Assembly: GCA_041497895.1 (NCBI GenBank)
Contig: JBGQHJ010000008.1
Location: 1 to 62,096, forward strand
Length of the DNA: 62,096 nucleotides
Origin: Candidatus Methylomirabilia bacterium
GTDB lineage: Bacteria > Methylomirabilota > Methylomirabilia > Rokubacteriales > CSP1-6
Direction of reading: 5' to 3'
Made by a program: the position numbers and the translations under genes. Shown here piece by piece: positions 51,644 to 59,924 of this stretch (the stretch's first letter is position 1; the number at the start of each line of letters is the position of its first letter). The notes below the pieces were generated by a model that saw only the letters and a program-made list of their open reading frames with translations, did no database searches and was not told the origin of the DNA.

Positions 51644-51658
51644 GTGTAAGCCTTACAC
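51644..51658. promoter_or_regulatory. Palindrome, candidate activator site
   Basis: GTGTAAG-C-CTTACAC, about 65 bp upstream of the sigma54 motif at 51723. Confidence 0.45.
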
Positions 51659-51722
51659 CCCCCGGGTACTTTCGGGCCGGGGCATGGACGATTCGGGTGC
51701 TCGAGGCGGGCTTTCCCACGCC

Positions 51723-51738
51723 TGGTATCACCCTTGCT
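51723..51738 (+). promoter_or_regulatory. Sigma54 promoter
   Basis: TGGTATCACCCTTGCT (GG-N10-GC). Confidence 0.65.
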
Positions 51739-51823
51739 CTCCTATATGCGGGAGCGGGGCCAAATGCCCCGAGGAAAAAATCAGCCGACCGGAAGCAGAG
51801 CCGGAAGCAGAGGAGGATCGGCC

Positions 51824-52201
51824 ATGACGCGCTACCTCACGTTCGTGGGAGTCGCCGGGCTCGTCGCGCTGCCGGCCGGGGCCGTCGCCCCGGCCGCGGC
51901 GCAGGCGGCGCATCCGCTGCAGCCGTCCGGGCCCGGCATCGCCCGGCTCGACCGCGGTGCCGGCATGATCGAGGGCAAGCTGACCCGGGTGGACGGCCGC
52001 ACCGAGACGGTCGACGTCTCGGTCGGTCTGCTGGGCCTCCTCGGCAAGACGATCGAGGTCAACCACGACACCCTCATCCAGGTGGACGGCCGCCAGGGGC
52101 GGTTCGCCGACCTGCAGGAGGGCGCGAAGGTGAAGGCCTTCTACGAGGAGCGCGGGGCGAAGCTGGTCGCCACCCGGCTCGAGGTGACCACCGGCGGCTA
52201 G
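51824..52201 (+). CDS. Exported small beta-barrel protein (DUF5666/OB-like)
   Basis: SD GAGGAGG, signal peptide, IEGKLTRVD...DLQEGAKVKA...ATRLEV. Confidence 0.75.
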   Translation: MTRYLTFVGVAGLVALPAGAVAPAAAQAAHPLQPSGPGIARLDRGAGMIEGKLTRVDGRTETVDVSVGLLGLLGKTIEVNHDTLIQVDGRQGRFADLQEGAKVKAFYEERGAKLVATRLEVTTGG

Positions 52202-52476
52202 AAGTACTCGAGGGTGCCGGGCTCGGCGAGCATCTTGAGGCGGAGCCCGGCCATGAAGATCAGGTAGGGGTGGGCGCCGCGGGCCACGAGCGCGTCGCGA
52301 TCCATGCGGCGCAGGTCGGCCCGCTCGTCGTCGGTGAGCTCCAGGTCCCCGGTGGCGGCCTGGGCGTCGGCCAGGAAGCGCTCCGCGAACGACCGGTCCG
52401 ACTTGAGCGCGTAGAGACACCGGTTCAGCGCGTACGCGCTCGACGGCGGGAAGCGGTAGTGGGCGGTCTCGCTCAC
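52198..52476 (-). CDS. Extradiol dioxygenase small subunit (LigA-like)
   Basis: YALNR.LYAL...RFLAD...LTDDER...LVARGAHPYL. GTGA overlap with the LigB-like stop. Confidence 0.8.
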   Translation of the reverse strand: MSETAHYRFPPSSAYALNRCLYALKSDRSFAERFLADAQAATGDLELTDDERADLRRMDRDALVARGAHPYLIFMAGLRLKMLAEPGTLEYF

Positions 52477-53270
52477 GGCTGGGCCGGAAGCGGCCACTCG
52501 ACGACCGCGTTGCCGTGATGCCACGAGGGCTCGTAGCAATGGACCTGGGCCCGCGCGTCGCCCACCGCGCCCAGCAGCGTGATCCAGGTGCGCAGCTCGA
52601 TGTTGCCCCGCTTGTCGAGCTCCTCGCCGGTGAGACGGGCCAGCTCGCGCCCGCGCCCGTCGACCAGCGTCTCCAGCAGCCCGCGATCGTACTCGAACTC
52701 GGGGGAGGCGTAGCGGTCGGTCCCCGGGAAGTGCGACATGCCGCCCGAGGCGATGAGCGCGACGCGCTCCGGGCGGGCCCGCAGGATCTCGCCCAGCGCC
52801 TGGCCCCACGCGTGACAGCGCGCCGGGGTGGGCTGCGGCGGCAGGTACACGTTGACGTGCAGGGGCACGATGGGCCGCGGCGGCTCCGGCATCACGAAGT
52901 GCAGCGGCACGTAGAACGCGTAGTCCAGCTTGGCGTCCTGGGTATAGAGCAGATCGAAGCCGCGCTCGATGCCCTGCTCGACGATCTCGCGGGCGAGGCC
53001 CTCGTGGATGTCGAACCGGTAGCGGTAGGGGCCGAAGGTGCCCGCGCACTGCCGTCCCACGTACACCGCGAGGGCGGGCACCGCGTCGAGGAAGAAGGCC
53101 TCGACGTGATCGCCCGCGATCACCGCGAGCACGTCCGGCCGCAGCTCCTCGAGCCGCCGCTTGACCCGGCCCATCGCGTCGTGCACGCGGAGGACCAGCG
53201 CGCGGTCCTCGGTCTCGGGGCGGATGAGGAGCTGGGGGGTGTGCGCGACCGCGAAGGCGCCGACGAGCAT
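52473..53270 (-). CDS. Class III extradiol ring-cleavage dioxygenase (LigB-like)
   Basis: AHTP, GDH..AFF, SGGMSHFPG, GNIELRTW. Confidence 0.9.
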   Translation of the reverse strand: MLVGAFAVAHTPQLLIRPETEDRALVLRVHDAMGRVKRRLEELRPDVLAVIAGDHVEAFFLDAVPALAVYVGRQCAGTFGPYRYRFDIHEGLAREIVEQGIERGFDLLYTQDAKLDYAFYVPLHFVMPEPPRPIVPLHVNVYLPPQPTPARCHAWGQALGEILRARPERVALIASGGMSHFPGTDRYASPEFEYDRGLLETLVDGRGRELARLTGEELDKRGNIELRTWITLLGAVGDARAQVHCYEPSWHHGNAVVEWPLPAQP

Positions 53271-53379
53271 GGCAAGGGAAACCCTAGCACAGGAGGGTCT
53301 CGACTTGGGGTCCGCGCGAAGCGTATGCTTGGGGGCCGCAGACGGAAATTTCACTCGGACCATCCAGGAGGTCGCCGGC

Positions 53380-54450
53380 ATGGCAGCCGCAAGCACGAAG
53401 TTCAAGGTCGTCGTCCAGAAGCCGTCGGGCGGGATCACCTATGACCTGGCCGACTCGGCCTACGCGATCGAGCGCGAGGCGCTCGACCCGATCGGGGCCG
53501 AGATCGTCGAGGTCCCGGCCAAGACCGAGGAGGAGTTCATCGCCGCCGCGAAGGACGCCGACGCGGTCATCGCGCGCAACCGGCGCATCACCGCGGCCAT
53601 CATCAAGGGTCTGCGCAATTGCAAGGTGATCGGGCTCGGCAGCGTGGGCGCCGACACGGTGGACGTGGACGCGGCGACCGAGGCCGGTATCGTGGTCACC
53701 AACGTGCCCGACGTGTTCATCGACGAGGTGGCCGATCACACCATGGCCATGTTCCTCGCGGCGCATCGCCGGCTGCGCCTGATGCACCAGCTCACCGTCG
53801 ACAACAAGTGGACGGAGGGGCGGCCGTACTTCGCGAACATCCCGCGGCTCTACGGGCAGACCATCGGCCTGATCTCCTTCGGCAACGTGGCCAAGGCGGT
53901 CGCGCGCCGCTGCCACGCCTTCGGCCTGCGGGTGATCGCCTACGACCCGTTCCTGGCCGAGCTCGAGATGACCGCGGTCGGGGTCGAGCCGGTGACGAGC
54001 CTGATCGAGCTGTGCCAGCGCGCGGACTTCCTGTCCATGCACGCGCCGCTCAACGGAGAGACGCGCCACATGATGAGCGAGCGCGAGTTCCGGGCCATGA
54101 AGAAGAGCGCGATCTTCATCAACAACGGGCGGGGGCCGACCGTCGACGAGAAGGCCTTGAGCGAGGCGCTGCGCCAGGGCTGGATCGCGGGCGCCGCGCT
54201 CGACGTGTTCGAGGTGGAGCCGGCCGACCCGAACAACGCGCTGCTCCACATGGACAACGTGCTGGTGAGCCCCCACATCGCCTCGGCGACCGCTCGAATG
54301 GCGCCCGAGACGCGTCGGCGCCTGGGTCGCGAGATCGCCACCGTGCTGCAGGGCAAGTGGCCCCGCTCCGCGGTCAACCCCGGCGTGCTCCCCAAGACCT
54401 CCCTCATCCGCTGGCAGCCCTACCCCATGGGCCGCGGCCCGAACCGCTGA
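53380..54450 (+). CDS. D-2-hydroxyacid dehydrogenase (CtBP-like)
   Basis: VTNVPD...EVADH, INNGRG, LDVFEVEP, SPHIA. Confidence 0.92.
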   Translation: MAAASTKFKVVVQKPSGGITYDLADSAYAIEREALDPIGAEIVEVPAKTEEEFIAAAKDADAVIARNRRITAAIIKGLRNCKVIGLGSVGADTVDVDAATEAGIVVTNVPDVFIDEVADHTMAMFLAAHRRLRLMHQLTVDNKWTEGRPYFANIPRLYGQTIGLISFGNVAKAVARRCHAFGLRVIAYDPFLAELEMTAVGVEPVTSLIELCQRADFLSMHAPLNGETRHMMSEREFRAMKKSAIFINNGRGPTVDEKALSEALRQGWIAGAALDVFEVEPADPNNALLHMDNVLVSPHIASATARMAPETRRRLGREIATVLQGKWPRSAVNPGVLPKTSLIRWQPYPMGRGPNR

Positions 54451-54454
54451 GAGC

Positions 54455-54542
54455 CGGGGTCAGGTCTTACATTCCGACATTTTCTCCCGGGTCGGCTGCA
54501 GGGGACCGGTCAGGAAATGTCGGAATGTAAGACCTGACCCCG
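54455..54542. repeat. REP/MITE-like inverted-repeat element, copy 1
   Basis: Perfect 28-bp arms CGGGGTCAGGTCTTACATTCCGACATTT (54455-82) and its complement (54515-42), with a 32-nt spacer, between convergent genes. Confidence 0.92.
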
Positions 54543-54543
54543 A

Positions 54544-55524
54544 TTAGAAGCGCGACCAGATGTCGCGGAGGGAGGCGAGGGCCGCGGGGGGGAGCGGGCC
54601 CCGGTTGACGGCGGCGGCGGCGTAGTCGAGCTGGGCGAGGTCGGAGCAGCCGATCAGGACGGTGGAGAGCGCCGAGCCCGTGATCGCGAAGCGCAGCGCG
54701 GCCTCGACCACGCTGCCCGCGTGGCCCTGGCCCACGAGCGGCTCGAGCGAGCGGGCCCGCGTGGCGTCGGTCGCGTAGTCGGGTCCCGAGGCGATCGGGG
54801 CCACGGTGGGGATGGCGGTCGGGTGGCGCGCCACCTGGCCGCTCAGCGCGCCGCCCGCGAGCACGCGGATGCCGATGGTGCCCACGCGCTGCTCCTGCGC
54901 CAGCGCGAGCAGCCGATCGTAGTCCTGCGCCGGATAGCCCGCCGGCACCTCGTAGGCGCCGGTCGGGTTGAGCAGGTTGAACACCACCTGCGCGGTGTCG
55001 ACCGCTCCGCTCGCGAGCGCGCGGTGCAGCGCGCCGGTCTCGCCGGAGGCGGTGACCCCGAAGAAGCGCACCTTGCCCTGCTCCTGCAGCCGCCGCACCG
55101 CCGGCACCACCGCCTCCAGCACGCGCGCTACCCCGAGCGGCCGCTCGTCGCCCACGCGCCCGATCAGGTTGTGCAGGTGCAGCAGGTCCACGCGCTCGAT
55201 CCCGAGCCGCGCGAGGCTCGTCTCGACCGAGCGCGCCACCGCGCCCGCCACGTCGGCCAGCTCGCTCGCGACGAGCCGCCACTTGGTGCCCACGATGACC
55301 TGGGGCCTGAGCGCGCGCAGCACCTGGCCCAGGTTCTTCTCCGACTCGCCCGAGCCGTAGGCCGGCGCGGTGTCGAGGTAGTTGATCCCGAGCTCGAGCG
55401 CGCGGGCGACTCCACGCTCGCGATCGGCGGGCGCGCCCCGCACCATGAGCCCGCCCACGTCGCCACAGCCGAATCCCAGCGCCGACACCCGCAGCCCCGT
55501 CCGCCCGAGCACCCGGTATTCCAT
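54544..55524 (-). CDS. Aldo/keto reductase
   Basis: LGRTGLRVSALGFG, DTAPAYG, SLARLGIERVDLLHLHN. Confidence 0.93.
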   Translation of the reverse strand: MEYRVLGRTGLRVSALGFGCGDVGGLMVRGAPADRERGVARALELGINYLDTAPAYGSGESEKNLGQVLRALRPQVIVGTKWRLVASELADVAGAVARSVETSLARLGIERVDLLHLHNLIGRVGDERPLGVARVLEAVVPAVRRLQEQGKVRFFGVTASGETGALHRALASGAVDTAQVVFNLLNPTGAYEVPAGYPAQDYDRLLALAQEQRVGTIGIRVLAGGALSGQVARHPTAIPTVAPIASGPDYATDATRARSLEPLVGQGHAGSVVEAALRFAITGSALSTVLIGCSDLAQLDYAAAAVNRGPLPPAALASLRDIWSRF

Positions 55525-55592
55525 GGGCGATTCTTATACCACTTCCGGCGCTCGCTTGCCCCTGGCGCGACCGTTGGGTACTCTCTGACCGC

Positions 55593-56585
55593 ATGCGCCA
55601 CGTCCGCCTCGGCCGCACCGGGCTCGCCGTCTCCCGCCTCTGTCTCGGCACCATGACCTTCGGCCTGCAGTGCGACGAGGTCGCCTCCCGCGCCATCCTC
55701 GACCGCGCCGCGGCGGGTGGTATCACCTTCCTCGACACCGCGGACGTCTATCCGGTGGGCGGCGGCTTCGAGACGGTGGGGCGCACCGAGGAGATCGTGG
55801 GGCGCTGGCTCGAGGGCCGGCGCCACGATTTCGTGGTGGCCACCAAGTGCGGCGGGGCGATGAGCGAGCGGCGCTGGGACCGCGGGGCCTCTCGCAAGCA
55901 CATCATGGACGCCATCGACGGCTCGCTGCGCCGGCTGCGCACCGACTACGTGGACCTCTACCAGCTCCACCACCCCGACGCGGAGACGCCGATCGACGAG
56001 AGCCTGCGCGCCCTCGACGACGTCGTCCGGGCGGGCAAGGCCCGCTACGTGGGCTGCTCGAACTTCCCCGCCTACCAGGTGGCGCGGGCCCTCGGGCGCA
56101 GCGAGGTGCGCGGCATCGCGCGCTTCGACTCGGCGCAGCCGCGCTACAACTTGCTCTTCCGCCAGATCGAGCGCGACCTCCTGCCCCTCTGCCGGGAGGA
56201 GGGCATCGGCGTCATCCCCTACAACCCGCTGGCGGGGGGCCTGCTCTCCGGCAAGCACCGGCGGGACTCGGGCCCCACCCCGGGCACCCGCTTCACCCTC
56301 GGCAACGCGGCCGAGCGCTATCAGGATCGCTACTGGCACGAGCGCGAGTTCGACACCGTCGAGGCGCTGCGCCCGCTCGCGGCCGACGCTGGGCTCTCGC
56401 TCGCGAGCCTCGCGCTGGCCTGGATGCTCGCCGAGCCCGCCATCACCGCGCCGATCGTGGGGGCGAGCCGTCCCGCTCAGCTCGAGGACGCGATCGCGGC
56501 GACCGAGAAGCCGCTCGACGCCGCGCTCAAGGCCCGCCTGGACCAGATCACCCGCGAATACCGCTGGGGCGACGATCCGCGCTGA
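55593..56585 (+). CDS. Aldo/keto reductase
   Basis: LCLGTMTFG, DTADVY, SLRRLRTDYVDLYQLH, YNPLAGGLL. Confidence 0.95.
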   Translation: MRHVRLGRTGLAVSRLCLGTMTFGLQCDEVASRAILDRAAAGGITFLDTADVYPVGGGFETVGRTEEIVGRWLEGRRHDFVVATKCGGAMSERRWDRGASRKHIMDAIDGSLRRLRTDYVDLYQLHHPDAETPIDESLRALDDVVRAGKARYVGCSNFPAYQVARALGRSEVRGIARFDSAQPRYNLLFRQIERDLLPLCREEGIGVIPYNPLAGGLLSGKHRRDSGPTPGTRFTLGNAAERYQDRYWHEREFDTVEALRPLAADAGLSLASLALAWMLAEPAITAPIVGASRPAQLEDAIAATEKPLDAALKARLDQITREYRWGDDPR

Positions 56586-56613
56586 GGCGCGCGTCGACCG
56601 GGAGGAGGCCGTC

Positions 56614-57633
56614 ATGCCCACCACCACGAGCCGCCAGATCGTGCTCCGCCGCCACCCCGTCGGGATGCCCACGCCGGGCGACTTCGACCTGATCGAGTCG
56701 CCGCTCCCGTCGCCGAAGGACGGCGAGGTGCTGTGCCGGACCATCTATCTCTCGCTCGACCCGTACATGCGCGGCCGCATCAGCGGCGCCCGCTCCTACG
56801 CCCAGCCGGTGGAGCCGGGGCAGGTGATCGTGGGCGCCACCGTCGGCCAGGTGCTCGAGTCGCGATCCGCGGGCCTCGCCCCGGGCGACATCGTGCTGGG
56901 CTACGACGGCTGGCAGTCACACGGCGTCGCCAGGGGCGCCGGGCTCCGCAAGCTCGACCCGAAGCAGGCGCCGATCTCGACCGCGCTCGGCGTGCTCGGC
57001 ATGCCGGGCATGACCGCGTACGTGGGGCTGCTCGACATCGGTCAGCCCCGGGCGGGGGAGACGGTGGTGGTATCGGCCGCCTCGGGCGCGGTCGGCTCCG
57101 CGGTGGGGCAGATCGCGAAGATCAAGGGAGCCCGCGCGGTCGGCATCGCGGGCTCCCAGGACAAGTGCGACTACGTGGTCCGCGAGCTCGGGTTCGACGC
57201 GTGCGTGAACTACAAGACCGGCGACCTGGCCGCCGCGCTCCGGACGGCCTGTCCGGGCGGCATCGACGTCTACTTCGAGAACGTGGGCGGCGACGTGCTC
57301 CGCGCGGTGATGACGCTGCTGAACCAGAACGCGCGCATCCCCCTCTGCGGGCTCATCTCCGAGTACAACGCCACCGACTCGACGCCGGGCCCGAACCTCC
57401 GCCCGCTCCTGTTCAACCGCGTGCTGATCAAGGGCTTCATCGTCTCGGACCACCTGGCGCGCATGGGCGAGTTCCTGAAGGACAGCGGCGGCTGGGTCCG
57501 CGAGGGCCGGCTCAAGTACCGCGAGGACATCGTGACCGGGCTGGACCGGGCGCCGGAGGCCTTCATCGGGCTGCTCCAGGGCAAGAACTTCGGCAAGCTG
57601 CTGGTGCGGGTGGGGGAGGACCCCACCAAGTGA
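56614..57633 (+). CDS. NADP-dependent alkenal/enone reductase (PTGR1/CurA-like MDR)
   Basis: LSLDPYMRG, LGMPGMTAY, AASGAVG, YFENVGG, GKNFGK. Confidence 0.94.
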   Translation: MPTTTSRQIVLRRHPVGMPTPGDFDLIESPLPSPKDGEVLCRTIYLSLDPYMRGRISGARSYAQPVEPGQVIVGATVGQVLESRSAGLAPGDIVLGYDGWQSHGVARGAGLRKLDPKQAPISTALGVLGMPGMTAYVGLLDIGQPRAGETVVVSAASGAVGSAVGQIAKIKGARAVGIAGSQDKCDYVVRELGFDACVNYKTGDLAAALRTACPGGIDVYFENVGGDVLRAVMTLLNQNARIPLCGLISEYNATDSTPGPNLRPLLFNRVLIKGFIVSDHLARMGEFLKDSGGWVREGRLKYREDIVTGLDRAPEAFIGLLQGKNFGKLLVRVGEDPTK

Positions 57634-59000
57634 GCCGTCTGCGGCGCCTGCCCCGCGCGCTCACGATGGCCCTGCTCGCCCTCGGGCTGACCGCGACCGC
57701 GGCCCCCGCCCAGGTGTTCATCGCGTCCAAGCCGCATCCCGACTTCTGGATCGCGCCGCTGCTCATCACCGCGAACATCGAGCCCAAGGACGTGGCCGGC
57801 CACAACGGTCCGCTCATGCTCCAGGTGTCCTTCAGCGTTGCCCCGCCGCCCGCGCGCGATCCGTCCGAGATCGCCCAGGACATCTACCTGCTGTGGCCGG
57901 TCCAGCTCGTCGGCACCGACGGCGCCGACGGCGCCGATCCCGAGCTCTTGCGGCAGGTGGAGGGCGCCGGCTTCAAGGTGCTCGTGCACGGGCACGTCGC
58001 GCACTCGGCGCGCAGCCGGGCCCAGATGGGCACCGGGGCGGGCGCGGCGGGCCGGCGCGACCTGGGCGCGGTCCCGTTCGTGACCTTCGCGCGGCCCGAG
58101 GGGCTGGCCCGGGGCGCGAAGCCGGCCTCGCTCATCCGCATCCCGTGGAAGCCGGAGCTCGCGAGCCTCGACTGGGTGCCGCGGCTCGAGCTCGCCGCGA
58201 AGGGATCGATCACCGATCGCCGGGTGAGCTGGCTCGAGGACATGTTCTGGGGCCGGCGCAACATCATCACCTTGAGCTTCGGCGACGTCGGGTACTCGTC
58301 GCTCTACCCGTTCTACTTCGGCAAGCGCGATCGGGTCATCCCGCTGGCTCCCGACTTCTCGCGGCTGGCCGTGAATTTCGGCCAGGCGAACCACCTCAAG
58401 ATCGACGAGGTGGTGCCGATGACCGCGAGCCGGCGGATGAGCGAGACGCGGGAGAACACGGAAACGTTCTCGATCCCGCTGCTGGCCGCGGACGGCATCG
58501 TGCCGCAGGTGCTCAAGATCCAGTTCGTCTACTTCCGGGGCCGGCTGCCGTGGCGGCCGATCCTGCTCTCCGCCCTGCTGCTCGGCCTCGGCAACCTCAC
58601 CGGCCCCATCGTCGGCAACCTGTTGCGGCGGCTTGCCCGGACCCTGCGCGACCGCGTGCACGTCGGGCGCGGCGAGGCCACCGGGAAGGCCACCGGCCGC
58701 GTGCCGTCGACCGAGACGCTCGCGCGCATCCGGCCGGGGGAGACGACGCACGAGGAGGTGCTGAGACTGGTCGGCAGCGAGCCCGAGGAGGAGCAGCGGC
58801 TGCCCACCGGGGAGATCCGGGCGATGATCTACCGCGGCCAGCGCCTCGTCCCGCACCACGGGCGGCGGTTCGGCTGGTTCGCCACCGTGAGCCACTGGGA
58901 CGTGGAGCACAACGAGGTGCAGATCGACTTCGAGCAGGACCGGGTGCGCGATATCCAGGCCCGCATCCGCCGCACCCGCGCTCAGCCGGCGACCGGCTGA
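57630..59000 (+). CDS. Membrane-anchored hypothetical protein with C-terminal SmpA/BamE-like motif
   Basis: GTGA overlap start, signal peptide, about 280-aa beta-rich domain, TM (PILLSALLLGLGNL), then LARIRPGETTHEEVLRLVG. Confidence 0.75.
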   Translation: MSRLRRLPRALTMALLALGLTATAAPAQVFIASKPHPDFWIAPLLITANIEPKDVAGHNGPLMLQVSFSVAPPPARDPSEIAQDIYLLWPVQLVGTDGADGADPELLRQVEGAGFKVLVHGHVAHSARSRAQMGTGAGAAGRRDLGAVPFVTFARPEGLARGAKPASLIRIPWKPELASLDWVPRLELAAKGSITDRRVSWLEDMFWGRRNIITLSFGDVGYSSLYPFYFGKRDRVIPLAPDFSRLAVNFGQANHLKIDEVVPMTASRRMSETRENTETFSIPLLAADGIVPQVLKIQFVYFRGRLPWRPILLSALLLGLGNLTGPIVGNLLRRLARTLRDRVHVGRGEATGKATGRVPSTETLARIRPGETTHEEVLRLVGSEPEEEQRLPTGEIRAMIYRGQRLVPHHGRRFGWFATVSHWDVEHNEVQIDFEQDRVRDIQARIRRTRAQPATG

Positions 59001-59016
59001 CGCGAGCGCGCCGGGG

Positions 59017-59817
59017 TCAGTGGGCGCGGATCCAGGCCGCGATCGCGGAGACCACCCGGGGCTCGAGGCCGAGGTAGCCGTGCGGGGCCTTCGCCTCGCA
59101 GGGTGGCGAGATGGCCGGGCTCCCTCCCTCGAAGGTCATCAGCTCCTTGACCGGCGCCTTCTTGAGCGCCTTCATGATGGCCACCGCCCCCGAGTAGGGA
59201 GAGGACTGGCAGGTGTCGTCCTTGTGATGCACCACCAGGGTGGGCACCCGGATGTCCTCCAGCCCGCCGTGGAGCGCGGTCTCGTAGCTCGCCTTGGACG
59301 ACACGGTGACCGAGGAGGTGAGCACGACGCCGTCGGGCCCGCCCTCGGCGATGCGAGCCGCCGCGTTGGCCGCGGAGAGCGTGCCCATGCTCGTGCCCAC
59401 CACCCACACCGGCACCGGCGCGATCTCGCGCACCGCCGCGATCGCCTGCTTCACGTCCACCGCGTGCTCCTTGGTGGTGCGAAAGTTCCACAGGCCACGC
59501 GGGTGATCCGAGGGCGTGTCAAGAATGGCTACCAGGAAGCCCTCGCGCACCCAGCGCTGCCGGGTCCGGACCAGGAAATTGCCCTGGAGCTGCCCCAGGC
59601 CGGCCGGCGTCAGGGCCAGGTTGCCGTCGCCCCCGGCGAAGATGATCACGGTGGCGACCGGAGCGCTTTCCGGTCGCAGCAGCAGGAACGACTCCGTGAC
59701 CCCCGGGCGGGCCGGCAGCGTGCGCACCTCCTCGTCGGCGGCGCGGGCGGGCGACCACGGCGAGCCGCCCAGGACGACCGCGAGGCCGAGGCAGACGAGG
59801 CGGCGGCGCAGGGTCAT
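59017..59817 (-). CDS. Exported alpha/beta hydrolase
   Basis: Signal peptide, GTSMG elbow, HHKDD.C, PHGYLG. Confidence 0.85.
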   Translation of the reverse strand: MTLRRRLVCLGLAVVLGGSPWSPARAADEEVRTLPARPGVTESFLLLRPESAPVATVIIFAGGDGNLALTPAGLGQLQGNFLVRTRQRWVREGFLVAILDTPSDHPRGLWNFRTTKEHAVDVKQAIAAVREIAPVPVWVVGTSMGTLSAANAAARIAEGGPDGVVLTSSVTVSSKASYETALHGGLEDIRVPTLVVHHKDDTCQSSPYSGAVAIMKALKKAPVKELMTFEGGSPAISPPCEAKAPHGYLGLEPRVVSAIAAWIRAH

Positions 59818-59924
59818 GGCCGAGCCGATGATAGGCGGGGGCGGTTCCGCTGGCAAGGCGTCGGGTCGCCGTTGTACAGTCCGGTCGCGTCGGGATACGA
59901 GGCGGACTCGAGGAGGCGGTGAGG

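Noticed and set aside
51789..51812. Tandem 12-mer CCGGAAGCAGAG x2 in a 5' UTR
   Set aside because: Only two units; most simply a slippage duplication with no evidence of function.
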